From Octopus vulgaris (Eukaryota), in assembly GCA_951406725.2 (NCBI GenBank), contig OX597814.1:65100001-65164000 (forward strand): 64,000 nucleotides of DNA. Reading direction: 5' to 3'. The position numbers and the translations under genes were made by a program. The notes beneath the pieces were generated by a model. The model ran no database searches and had not been told where the DNA came from. It was given only the letters and a program-made list of their open reading frames with translations. This document shows, piece by piece, positions 1 to 13,086 of the stretch; positions within the stretch are counted from its first letter, which is position 1; the number at the start of each line of letters is the position of its first letter.

Positions 1-389
1 GCTAAGTGGTGTCACACTGCCTGTGCCCTTCCAGCACACCGGATACCAACCCAGGTTTTGTGAGGGCCCGTGCTATTGCAAGATAATCATTGGATTTACA
101 CTAAGTTCAGTGTGTATATTACACACACACACACAAATATATATGTATATATAAATTAAGCAGAACAGCAGAAGACAAGCGAGATGGAGATTCGCTGAAG
201 AGATCATAGGTGTGCGCCGAAAGACTTCCAGACAATGGATATAAAATAGAAACGATAATAAACAAGTTAACAACGAATTTATAGTTCTTGTGTGTATTTT
301 GGCAAGAAAAAAATGTCCATCCCGGAATATAGCAGTATATATATGCACACACACACAAACGAACAAACAAACAAACAAACACACACACA

Positions 390-484
<95 letters not shown>

Positions 485-1695
485 GCGATACTTATGAAAA
501 TTGGTGCCGAATTTTACAATTCTGTAAATAATTATAATAGTATTTTATAAGTTTAAAACGTATAAGCGATTACTGTGTATTGACTAATGAAAATAATATA
601 TCGTGGGTTTTTCCGTACGTGTCGGAATCCAACCGACACCTCTGTGTTTTCGCGACCACCGTTTTATTATTTATACCAACATACCCACTGGGTTTAAGCT
701 TATAATGTATATATATATATATACACATACTCACAAATGCGCGCGCATAATTTTATGTATATATTCTTAAATTGCGCATTCCATTTCATTTAATCATGCT
801 AAATTTTAATACGACTGCATTCAAATTTCGTGAAATTATTAAGAAATTTTAATATTTCCTCATTAGTCCTTTATGGTTCGTCCGGAAAAATAACCTTTCG
901 AAACTCATTACGCTTATTTTTCGTGACCTTCATAATTTCACTTTCTAATTTAAAAGTTGCAATAGGTATCACTGCCTCTTGCAGTATATCTTAAATCTAT
1001 TTTAACAATGTTACAATAGTTACAATTGTCTAGTTTGTATTGAAAATAATACAAACCTTGGTGGATCTGGAAAGTATGGAAACATTAGCCTAACTTATTT
1101 TGGAAGACTATTTGTAGGGAATGTGGTTGTTCGAAACGAAATATAAGGGACTAATGAGGAAATATATAAAAAGGAAACATACAAAAGATCAAACTTGAAC
1201 ATAAACGTGTTTATAATACGCACACGCATATATGTATGCATGCATGCATATCTGCCTGTTTATCTGTCTGTCTGTCTGACCGTCTGTCCGTCCGTCCGTC
1301 CGTATGTATGTATGTATTTATGTATGTATGTATGTATGTATGTATGTATGTATGTATGTATGTATGTATGTATGTATGTATGTATGTATGTATGTATGTA
1401 TGTATGTATGTATGTATGCATGCATGTATGTAAATATGTATGTATATCTGTATGCATACTTGTATGTATAAACAACTATACATCTTTATAAATGTACACG
1501 CGGTGGGAAACATACACTAACTGAACCTTACACCATTCAACATGTGCCCTTTATTCGTGTATATGTCTAGGTTTCTTAGCTATCTTTTAACATGTGAAGT
1601 TGTGAGTTAAGGAAAGAATGAATAAAGAATGATGAGATAAGTATCGGCTTAGCTATTGCCCCAGACATGCAGTTCTCTATACTGATGAAGCATGC

Positions 1696-1738
<43 letters not shown>

Positions 1739-1876
1739 ATATGGACTTTTGACCATTTGAGTGTAGTTACGAAAACTAGTGAATTTGAAGTATAAGCTGA
1801 TGCTTCTTTTATAGTTGCACTGCGTTTCATTGCCGTTTATACAAACGATTGAAGTAGATTAAAAATATATAATGCA

Positions 1877-2007
1877 ACTAGCACTATCGTCCGGCGGTGC
1901 TCGGGTTTGTTTCGACCCTTTAGAATTGGAATTTTTGAAAATTAAACATTTTGCATTGTAAATTTGAATGAAATTGGTTGTGTAGTTCTCAAGTTTTAGG
2001 GATTCAC

Positions 2008-2054
<47 letters not shown>

Positions 2055-2083
2055 CACATTCTCAGTTTTATATATATATAGAT
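1877..2083 (+). mobile_element. Short non-autonomous Helentron/DINE-1-like element
   Basis: Starts ACTAGC followed by a GC-rich inverted motif; (CAGA)n near the 3' end; ends TTTTATATATATATATAGAT. Shares AATGAAATTGGTTGTGTAGTTCTCAAGTTTTAGGGA with 14606-14641. Confidence 0.55.
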
Positions 2084-2131
2084 AAGCCTCCAGCTATATG
2101 AAAATTTCTCCCACACCCCCACTCCCGTCAA

Positions 2132-2523
2132 AAAACAGCTTCAGGAGTTGTGAAGAAAGAATTTGTACATAGTGTGTTTCTGAGAGCTATTGTATTGGAC
2201 CTCGGTCCAATCATTAAAACATTTATTTAATTATGAACATGGAAAGAAATTATACATTAATCCCTATTTTTGTAAGCAGTTGTATCCATAAAAAAATTAT
2301 TTGCAGATGGCAATAATTGAAAGAAGATATATGAAATGGACGTGTGTGTGTGTGTGGCGTGCGTGCTTGCGCGTGTGTATGTGAGAGAGAAAGAGTGTGA
2401 GAAAGAGAGACAGAGTGAGTGAAGTGAAAATATCTCCGCAGAAAACAGCTTCAGGAGTTGTGAAGAAAGAATTTGTACGTAGTCTGTTTCTGAGAACTAT
2501 TCTATTGGACCTCTGTCTAATCA
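2132..2523 (+). repeat. Dispersed ~82-bp direct repeat (2132-2213 and 2442-2523)
   Basis: AAAACAGCTTCAGGAGTTGTGAAGAAAGAATTTGTAC...ATTGGACCTC occurs twice, 310 bp apart, with a few substitutions. Confidence 0.85.
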
Positions 2524-2625
2524 CGTCTTTTAAGGTATGCACATAGAAAATGTGAGGTCATAGTAGAAAATGTTTACGATAGATAGTTTTAATTTTTTTG
2601 TCTAATGTAGAAGTTGGCGTTCCAT

Positions 2626-2627
2626 GT

Positions 2628-2680
<53 letters not shown>

Positions 2681-2900
2681 TGTATGTATGTGTGTATGTG
2701 TGTGTATGTGTGTGTATGTGTGTATGTTTGTGTGTATGTGTGTATATGTGTGTGTATGTGTGTGTATGTGTGTGTATGTGTGTGTGTATGTGTGTGTGTG
2801 TGTGTGTATGTGTGTGTGTATGTGTATGTGTGTGTGTGTATGTGTGTATGTATGTGTATGTGTGTGTGTATGTGTGTGTATGTGTGTATGTGTGTGTGTG
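2626..2900. repeat. Compound (TG)n/(TATGTG)n microsatellite, representative of dozens of CA, TA, TATG, GATA, GA and AAT tracts in the window
   Basis: Directly visible; such tracts generate the [12 protein letters not shown] ORFs in the ORF track. Confidence 0.95.
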
Positions 2901-4104
2901 TCTCGCACGCCCCATCAAACACACAGAGACTCTCTCTTTCACACACATACACACGCACGCACGCACATCAAATCTTCCGATCAAGATCAAAAGATCAAAA
3001 GATCCCATTCCCCCCAACCCCATATGTAAAGATACATATGTATATACATTATATATATATTTATATACACACATGTGTATATAAATTAACACAATATATC
3101 TGATTAATAATATATGTTATGATTGTGCGACGGTGGTGGGCGATAATATGGCACCGTTGTAAAAGACGGGAATATTTAAACTGTTGCTATTGTCACGGTT
3201 TCTCTCTCTATAGATAGAGGCAGAAGTACAGTGAGAAAGGTGGTGGAAAAAAGAGTGACAGAGAGACGGAGAAGCTGTGAAACGTCATTATAGAGACAAA
3301 GTGCAGACAGACGTACAGAGAGAGAGAGAGAGAGAGGTATATGGGAGAATAGAGTGATAGCGCTGGCGAAGGCGGCGAGGGAAAGATAGTGGAAACTTCA
3401 AACGTCGTTATAGAGAGAATGTGAAGGGAAGGGAGGAAAGAGAGAGATGGAAGAAAGGGTGATAACCATTAAAGAGAAAAAAACAAACATTTGTCAATTT
3501 TCACTCTCTTTGCCATAGCAACCACATCTTTATAGCTCGCAGGTCGGAAGCACACCACGCATATAGTATCCCTGTCAATTTTCAGCTCAATCCTAGTACG
3601 TCTGGTGCCATTGAATCCTTACCAAAGCCAAAGTATCAAGTGTTTTCCTCTTTTATATAGGTAGATTATTTGTATGCGTATTGAAATATGATTATTTTTC
3701 CAAATTTGATTGGCTGAGGAAATACGTTGAAAGCATGCGAGATATAAATCTATTCAATTGTCAAATTATCATAATACTATGTATTCTGCAATTAACATGC
3801 AAACGTACGTGTGATATTTTTACGTGTGATAGTGTAATATCGATGGCTTATAACTGAATGCTATTTTAGTGGCTGGTAAAGCAAACGGAAAGCTGCAGTA
3901 TGTAACTAAAAAGTTCACCCTACAGCCACCGTCGAAAGAGGTTCCTGAAAGTTAGTATGTGATAAAGTTAAATTGCTTATCACGGGTTTATTTAACCGTA
4001 TTCATCAGTACTCAAACAACTTATTAGAAGATAGGCTTCAAAAGCAGAATTCATGTCATATAAAATAATGCTAATACTAAAATTGCATTGATAGAAAACT
4101 AAAT

Positions 4105-4302
4105 ATTGGTTTCAAATATTGGCACTAGGTCAGTAAGTTAGGTGGAGGGGCTAAGTCAATCACATTGGCCCTAGTTCTCAGCTGATGCATATTTTATCGA
4201 CCCCGAAAGGATGAAAGGCAACGTCGACGTCGGCGAAACTTGAACTCAGTACGTAAAGACGGGCGAAATGTCCCTAAACATCTTGTCTAACATGCTAACG
4301 AT
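4105..4302 (-). mobile_element. tRNA-derived SINE, family B
   Basis: Reverse complement contains GAGTTCAAGTTTCGCCGACGTCGACGTTGCCTTTCATCCTTTCGGGGTCGATAAA, matching copies at 7866, 37530 and 42147. Confidence 0.75.
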
Positions 4303-4570
4303 TATGTTATTTTATCTTCTATATAGCTTAAATGTTTGTACTGGCTTTGCTAAACTTCCTTCCGCACTATAATAAAATTCCGCCAGTATAAGACATTTGA
4401 TAAATACAGAATGAAGGTGATCTATTACTCTTCAAAAACCTTCTTTGCTTCCACAAACAGCACAAAGGAACGTCCAGAACGTACACACAAATTGTTTTTC
4501 TCCGGCACTGATTTTCGATTTAGTCTTAGAGATTGCAGGGAAACAAAAGTTACAGAGGCCTTCAGATGAA

Positions 4571-4931
4571 CCCTCCAAAAGTAGATTTCCACCATGTATT
4601 TATGCATTCAGAAATTCCGAGAGACATCACCAACACACTATATAAATAATCTGTAATTCTAAATAATATAATTTTAACAGTTATAAACACATGGGTGTGG
4701 CTGTGTGGTAAAAAAATTTTGCTTCCCAACCACATGGTTCTGTGTTCAGTCCCTCCAAAAGTAGATTTCCACCATGTATTTATGCATTCAGAAATTCCGA
4801 GAGACATCACCAACACACTATATAAATAATCTGTAATTCTAAATAATATAATTTTAACAGTTATAAACACATAGGTGTGGCTGTGTGGTAAAAAAATTTT
4901 GCTTCCCAACTACATGGTTCTGTGTTCAGTC
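4571..4931 (+). repeat. 180-bp tandem duplication (two copies)
   Basis: CCCTCCAAAAGTAGATTTCC starts at 4571 and again at 4751; the copies differ at about 2 positions and include a SINE head. Confidence 0.95.
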
Positions 4932-5255
4932 TCACTGTGTGCCACCTTGGGTAAGTGTCTTCTAATTTAGCCTCAAGCAGATCAAAATGTTGTGAGTAGA
5001 TTTGGTTAAAGGAAATTGAAGTAAACCCGTTGTATATATGTATCTCTGTGTCTGTATTTGTCCTCCCATCCCACCGCTTTACAATTGGTGCTGGTGTCTT
5101 TACGTCCGTGTAACGTAGCGGTCCAGCAAAGGTATGGATAAATACTAAGTTTTAAAAATTAAACTTAGAATCAATTTGTTCGACTCAAACCCTTCAAGGC
5201 AGAATCCCAGCTTGACCACAGTCAAATCATAGCAACAAGTAATACATAAAAGATA
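4871..5255 (+). mobile_element. tRNA-derived SINE, family A (Octopus-type)
   Basis: Head GTGGCTGTGTGGTAA...CATGGTTC..GTTCAGTC.CACTG, internal microsatellite, tail TTTACGTCC.TGTAAC.TAGCGG...CAGTCAAAT; matches other copies in the window. Confidence 0.8.
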
Positions 5256-5810
5256 CATTCTATCTATATATAATAAATAGAAGCCCATTGAGTTACTGGC
5301 TCCTGTAGGTGTGATACTTCACCTTTGTAATATTGCAGTTGTCAAATTTAAAAAAAAAATAAGTCAGAACTGATGCTTTTTAGTAGACACTACCCTCAGC
5401 ACTTAATCATGAATTTCTAAGAGCAATTAAGTTCAATTCGAACAGAATACATTTGCTGTACTCAGAAAATTTGAGACTTTCTGAATAGAAAGCGATAAAA
5501 GATATTAATCATTAATACAAAATATTTATTAACAATAATCACGGTCTTTGCCGTTGAGTCTTTTACATATAGATAATCGTATGACATGAAGCATGTTGAA
5601 TTCGTGTATTATTTGTTATATTTTTTTACGCTTCGATAATTTGAAGCGTTTATGAATATTTTAAGTTTAAACACATTAAACGTGCGGCATCTCTTCGTTA
5701 ATTATAACTAAGTAAAATGATTTCAGGAAATGCATTTCTAAGAAATACATGTACGTGCGTATGTGTATGTGCATTGTGTGTTTATGTGTATATATGTGTG
5801 TGTGTGTGCA

Positions 5811-5847
<37 letters not shown>

Positions 5848-5924
5848 CATATATATATATATATATATATATATTCGTTATATATATATTATGCATATAA
5901 TTATTGTTGTATTCTTTTATTCTT

Positions 5925-6100
5925 TTGTCACATTCTTTCCTGTTTCAAGTCAAATTGACTGCGGCCATGCTGGAGCACCGCCTTTAGGAGCAACTCGACC
6001 CCGAGACTTATTCTTTTGTAAACAGCCAGTACTTTGCCATCGGTCTCTTTTGCCGAACCGCTAATGAACGGGGACATGAATTACTGTCCAGCATTTCCGT
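5925..6100 (-). mobile_element. SINE family A, 3' fragment
   Basis: GACTGCGGCCATGCTGGAGCACCGCCTTTAG...CTTTTGCCGAACCGCTAA, as at 57060-57165. Confidence 0.8.
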
Positions 6101-6616
6101 GTTTGTCAAGCAATGCTAGTGACATTTCACGTTCTTTATATATAAGTTTTATTATATATATATATAGAGAGAGAGAATATTCATATATATATATATATAT
6201 GCATATAATTATAGATGTATATATATATAATGCATATATGTATATAAATATATGTACACACGTGTGTATGTATGTATATATGTATATATATACATACATA
6301 CACGCACACACACATACATGTATACAGTTAGGAATACCATGAAATGTATACATATCCCAGGATGGTGCTGGCGTGTCAGGACATTTAAAAATAAGCTCCC
6401 GAAAAAAAGTTAAGTGGCCTCTTGTCTAAATATATCATATAGTACGATCAGTGCGCTACATTGAAAAAGAATATCTCTAATTCGATCAACGTACACGTAG
6501 TTATAACGAAAAATTTTCCCATGTAATAATATTTTTATTACCAATTTTATCAAATTTAGTTTCTATATTGATTATCATTATGCACCTATATATGCATGTG
6601 TGCATATGTATGTGCC

Positions 6617-6648
<32 letters not shown>

Positions 6649-7865
6649 TGTATGTATGTATGTATGTATGATTACATGTGCATTCATATCTAGGCATATG
6701 TGTAGGTTAGAAAATCTATATTATATGTAAATGTATGTATTATATAATATAATGTGTGTGTTTCCGTGCGAGTGTGTGTGTGTGTGTGCGTTCGCGTCAT
6801 ACATGCGAACACGGACGCGTATACTCAAGTCTGTTTATGAGACTGGCATGGAGATATAAAATATTGCAAGACCTCTGATGAAGCAAGAAAATAATAATCT
6901 TATACGCGTTGTGCTCTCCGCTTCGTCTGATGAATGACACCATAACGATAGGAGGTAGGATTATATCCTTCCTACTTTCTACGTGCGTGCTTCCAGTTCG
7001 ACATAGCAAAATTCATTGGGAGTACTGGTCCGAACGGAAGAGCGTGCTTCCTGCTGAGATGTCCTTCATTTTCTTCAGAGTAATATATGTAAGCATATAA
7101 AAATACAAGCAGACATGTTCACTCTCCTAGGTGTATATATATATATATATGTATTTATATATATACATATATACATACATACATACATACATACATACAT
7201 ACATACATACATACACACATACATACATACGCACACACACATAAACACATAAAGGTGTATACATGAGAATTTGCAGAGGTGTCTGTATCACTATAAATGT
7301 GTGTGGATATGAGTATATATGAATTCTAGGAAGGCACATGAACAAAAGAACGGAATTTTCTATATATTTGTATATTCACGGCCTCATATTAAATGTCTAT
7401 TAATATACACTCGCCTGAAAAATGCGTGCCCAATAGCTCAAACCTACGCACACACAGATACACACAATTTTGTTTTGTTTTGGTAGTATCTAGTATTAAT
7501 ATTTTACTAATGGTTTCGTGCGAATAAATTCGCAATTATTTAGTCGTGTATAAATTCTGGTAAGTCCATCGTTGATCAATAACTTTTTAGTTAGACTTTA
7601 CCTTGTGTAATATATTATATTATATCATATTGTTATATTAATTTACATATAGCGACATCTTTATCCGCCACGAAAAACCATCTGGCCACATAACTCAATA
7701 TGCTTGTTGACGTTGTTCCTTTAACAGTATGGTCGGAGGAGAGCGTGGATCTGCTATCTGTTGCATGTTGACTTATTACATTCAGATGAAGCCTGCTGCT
7801 TGTCATATCCATGATGGGAAACATTCCAAATGCATCTCATTTATTCTGTCCAAACATTGTCTCAT

Positions 7866-7982
7866 GTGAGTTCAAATTCCTCCGAGATTGACTTTGCCTT
7901 TCTACCAGTCGAGAACTGGGGGCGATGTAATCGACGACCCCGCTCCCCAAATATTTTAGGCCTTGTGCCTATAGTAGAAAGA

Positions 7983-7984
<2 letters not shown>
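7866..7984 (+). mobile_element. SINE family B fragment ending in (ATT)n
   Basis: GAGTTCAAATTCC.CCGAG.TTGACTTTGCCTTTC...TACCAGT...ACTGGGGGCGATGTAATCGAC. Confidence 0.7.
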
Positions 7985-8059
<75 letters not shown>

Positions 8060-8649
8060 GCTGCTGACGGTGATGATGATGATGACTGGTGCCGATGATG
8101 ACAATGACTATGAAAATTGGAATAAATGTGGATTCTGTTGATGATCTCCTAGATGATGAGGCTGATAATGAAGTCATGTTAATATGGACGATAGTGAATG
8201 ACTAATAACTCTAACCACAAGTTGGAACGAGGAGTTGATAGTAAAGAAGATAACGAGGAGTAGGGAACTGGAAGATGCCGCAAGCCAGAGTAGGAAGAGA
8301 AAGTAAATGATGGATGATGTGAGAGACAAGAAGGAAGGACAAATATATTAATCTACATTCCACACTATCTGTATCCAACACTGATTACTGTTTAAATATA
8401 TAACCTAAAGATTTACGACTGACAGGAATTTTTGTTTGTCAGTCTATCTGTTCGTCTCTGTTTCTCTCACTTTTTACATACTTATATACATATACACACA
8501 TTAATATACATATAACTTCGATAAGTTTCGGCCAGTATAGGCCCAGGCCATGTCTAACTCAATAGCACCGCCCGGTATCCATCCTAATACAATTATTTGT
8601 TTGTACTCCACCTGCCTTCGTCTTTTGTTTAATTTCGTAAACCTTCCCG

Positions 8650-8719
<70 letters not shown>

Positions 8720-9025
8720 AAAAAATCATCCCATAAATAATGCGGTTTTTACAATTACATGAGATAAAAGTCGGAGTGGGGACGGGATAACTTACCTGCA
8801 TCAACTTGCAATAAAAACAGGTTGTAGGCAATACAAACAGGCCCACGTGAGTCCAGATACTTGAATGTACGTTGGGAGATTGTGTTAGACCGTTTGCTTT
8901 TGGACGGTTGGTAGTTATCTGTAGTTATCGGCAGTGTATTATGGCGATTTAAATAAGATTTTTGACTGTTATTTCCAGCAGGTAGACATACTTAGTATGT
9001 TCTTTGATTAATTTTAATACTTCAG

Positions 9026-9072
<47 letters not shown>

Positions 9073-9091
9073 CGTGTGTGTGCGTGTGTAT

Positions 9092-9166
<75 letters not shown>

Positions 9167-9193
9167 TATATGCGACAATTATTCGGTTGCCAT

Positions 9194-9254
9194 AATAAAA
9201 CTCCGAGTTTCGGGTATCGGGGCGGAAACCTGCAACGGTATCTCTTCAGTTATC
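9194..9254 (-). ncRNA. Putative type I hammerhead ribozyme motif (Penelope-like)
   Basis: Minus strand: GATAA-CTGAAGA-(stem II, poorly paired)-GAAA-CTCGGAG-TT-TTATT. Stem I is GATAA/TTATT, stem III is near-palindromic, cleavage triplet GUU. Confidence 0.55.
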
Positions 9255-9410
9255 GAGGCAATTAAAATATGCTATGAAAATGAACGTTTGACAAAAGGAA
9301 ATTATTATGTAAATGACCGCTATTAAGACAAAAGTGCTAATAGAATGACCGTTAAATAAGGGAAAAAACCGAAGGGGAGGAAGTAAAAAATAAAGGAGTA
9401 AGAAAACTCA

Positions 9411-9548
9411 TAGCAATGCGTGTGCGCGCATGTACATACATACTCATGCGTACACGAGTATATAACTACATACATATATATTATATTTGTTCCACGTCCT
9501 CGCGTTGTTGTGTTTTCTCTTTGTGTTTTCATGTTTGGATTAACTTTA

Positions 9549-9608
<60 letters not shown>

Positions 9609-10012
9609 TTTGTCCGTACGATGTGCGCGCGCCTGCGTATTTAAGTTAATATGTAAGCACATATTGCACACTCAACATATCTCAATGATTGAAACCGGTA
9701 CAAAATTTTTCATGATAAAATTACTTCAACATTTCTACCTTGATTTATCTTCCTTATATATATATATATATATATATATCTGAGCGCCATACTAATACAA
9801 TTGTTCGTTTGTTTTCCACCTGCCTTCGTCTTTTGTTTATTTTCATAAAGCTTCCCGTTATATATATATATATATATATATACATATATAAAGTTAACAC
9901 AAAGAGAAAACACAACAACGCGAGGACGTGGAACAAATATAATATATATGTATGTAGTTATATACTCGTGTACGCATGAGTATGTATGTACATGCGCGCA
10001 CACGCATTGCTA
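9411..10012. repeat. Inverted repeat, ~130-bp arms (9411-9555 and 9881-10012)
   Basis: TAGCAATGCGTGTGCGCGCATG...TTCCACGTCCTCGCGTTGTTGTG and its reverse complement; identical apart from a ~13-bp indel, each arm ending at a (TA)n tract. Confidence 0.9.
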
Positions 10013-10146
10013 TGTGCGCGCATGAATATATATATGTATATATATATGTATATATATACATATGTATATATGTATGTATACATATGCACATATACACATA
10101 TGTTTATGCGTATGTTTATATGTATATATATATATGTGTGTGTATC

Positions 10147-10212
<66 letters not shown>

Positions 10213-11179
10213 TACATATATACGTGTGAACATGTGTGTATGCATATGTGCTTACGTATTAACTTATGTGCTCAAGCGCTTGGACATAGTGCGGACAAAT
10301 ACACGCATGCACATACATTGCTTTGAAACTATTACTTTAAGACATTACTTAAAGAACAATGTAATTTCATGAGGTAAATCATTAGAGTGAACATGTTTGG
10401 ATATTTTAAATACTGCAAGAGATATTAAGACAAGATATGGCATAGTAATATGAGTCACTAGTACAAAGTATGTAAAGTTTTACAGTATTTGGGAGAAAAA
10501 TTGTTTTCTGTTAATTATTAATTTTAACATAGTAATAAAATTTCATTTTAGTAACTATATTTTTTATTTTTTTTAACATAAGGATGAAGCATAGCAAAAG
10601 ACATCTCAATAGTTTGGATGCAGAAATTTTGTGAGAAACAGTATTTCAAAATCAAATATATTTATCCAAAATATTTAATTCCCATATGTGTACATATTTT
10701 ATGTAGTAATAAACCCGCTAAGAACGGTTAATTCTGCTAGTGTATATTTACATGTCATTGCGTATTCATGCGCGCACATTTTACTGTCCTAGTCAGGTAA
10801 GGTCAACAAAATGTACTCCATCCAGTGAGAGGTAAATGTCACTTAATGTACACTGTATTAAGAGCTACTAATAGTTTCTTGCTATTGAGATACGTGGTGA
10901 GGCAGGTGTTTACGTGTTTTGAGGCCTTGTTTCTCCAATATATTTCCGGTTCTGTTCGTCTAAATGTTTTTTTTTGTTTTTGAAAATAAAGACGCTGTTA
11001 CGTGACGAACAACGAGAAGGTTGATACATATACCAGTTTCATGAAAACATGCATTCAGAGCCTGAAGATTATTTGGAGAGAAATGACGACCTCGCTCGTT
11101 ACAAAATTCTCCCCAACTACGTGTCTTAACAGCAAGAAACTATTCGTAGATCTTACCTTAATATAGCGTCATGAAATTA

Positions 11180-11233
11180 CAAAGCCTTGTGAGTGGATTC
11201 GGTAGATGGAAACTGAAAAAGCCCATCGCAACA

Positions 11234-11264
<31 letters not shown>

Positions 11265-11740
11265 CATACATACATACATACATACATACTTACATATATA
11301 TATATATAGTTCAAATTTACAGTAAACCAAAGACGACGGCAAGTGTAGGAACAACAAGCAGGTGTATTAGTTTAACGCTCGCGAAGACTGGAAACGTATT
11401 TGACGTTTCTAGCTTACGCTCTTCGTCGGAAAGGATTAAGAGCTAAAAACCTGGGTGAGGATGAAAAATTAACCGAAAGAAAAAAAAATATGTAGAGATT
11501 GACGGATCATGATGAAATGTGTGTGTGTGTGCGTTTGTGTCTTTGTTTGACATCCGAGGTTGGCATGTTTACATACCCTGTAACGTAGTGGTTTCGCCCC
11601 CCCCCAAAAAAAAAGACTCGATAGAGTAAGTACTAGTCTTATAAACAATATGTCCTGTAGTCAATTTATTCGACAGAAACCCTTTAAAGTAGTGCTCTAG
11701 CATGGCTGCATTCAAATGAATGAAACAAGTGAAAGAGTAA
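11180..11740 (+). mobile_element. SINE family A split by a Penelope-like short element
   Basis: SINE middle (AAAGCCTTGTGAGTGGATT) at 11181 and SINE tail at 11520-11740, with unrelated sequence inside the internal microsatellite. Confidence 0.7.
11305..11490 (-). mobile_element. Short Penelope-like terminal-repeat element with hammerhead-like core
   Basis: Minus strand CTTT-CCGACGA-A-GAGCGTAAGCTA-GAAACGTC-AAA, then CGAGCGTTAAACTAATACACC...GTCTTTGG running into (TA)n. Confidence 0.6.
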
Positions 11741-11764
11741 GATAGATAGATAGATAGATAGATT

Positions 11765-11904
<140 letters not shown>

Positions 11905-12474
11905 TATAGATAGGTAGGTAGATAGATAGATATGTTTATACTCTTTGTCCTAGATAAAGCTTTAATGTTTGTCCGGACATGTAAATACATTTGGAAATTC
12001 TGGTGTCGAGGGAAACGGGGTGTCACTCCTTAATTATCGTTACTCCCAGGCCCGGCTTGACCCGGAACAGTAGTATTTTTCAGGCTTAAATAGATTTCCC
12101 AGTGCAGAGAAGACTCTTGTTATTTTTGACAAAACTATGGGGAAGGCAGCTCTTCTAGAGGAAAGGTAATCTGACGAAATTCCAGTCAAAATGCTTCTCA
12201 CTGGAACTTCTATGTTGGTTGAGAGAAGAGTAAAAATTTTGTGCAAGCTTTTATCTCTTTTGTATCCAATGGTACGGATGTCTCACTATCGTTTCATTTC
12301 TTGATCCGTTTCGTTTTCTATAAAGTTCTATGGCAATGGATATCCTTTCACATACAACAATGAAAGTAAATCAGAACAATCAGGTTATCACCTGGCAGGA
12401 TGAGGCAATAATAACACCTACTCACACACGCGGGTACACACACACACACAAACATACACACACATACACACACA

Positions 12475-12509
<35 letters not shown>

Positions 12510-12933
12510 TTATACACTCACGCACACACACATACGTAGATATACGGAGTTCTGTTGAAATAATCTTCTATATTTTATGCGTATTATGCATTCCCTATGT
12601 GAAAGTAATGCACGAATTTCTAACTATGTCGTCGTTTATGAAGATGTATTTGCATTTCCTATTCTGTTACTCAGTAATGTATTTTGTTATAGAGGAATGC
12701 TTTATAACTTCTTTTTCAGTTTGATGCAACTATAATAGTTATGTGCTTGTGTATTTATAATGAATATCAATATATTCTAGCTATCTCACCAAAGTAATGA
12801 CTACAATATACGTTATTATGTATATGCATACATATATATGTAGTTGTATATATATATATATATATATATACATACATACAGGCATACATATACACTCGTT
12901 TGTATGTATACGTGTATCTATGTAGGTATGCTT

Positions 12934-12980
<47 letters not shown>

Positions 12981-13086
12981 GATAGATAGATATAGGTTTA
13001 TACATGCATGTATTCATATATATATCTACATGTATTCAGTTAAATATTGCGTAAATATACAAATGCAAATATTCATATATATATAT

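Noticed and set aside
190-232. CTGAAGA...CGAAAGACTTC hammerhead-like motif
   Set aside because: Stems I and II do not pair convincingly; at best a decayed copy.
6870-6940. Two CTGATGA motifs close together
   Set aside because: No correctly placed GAAA-NUH with paired stems.
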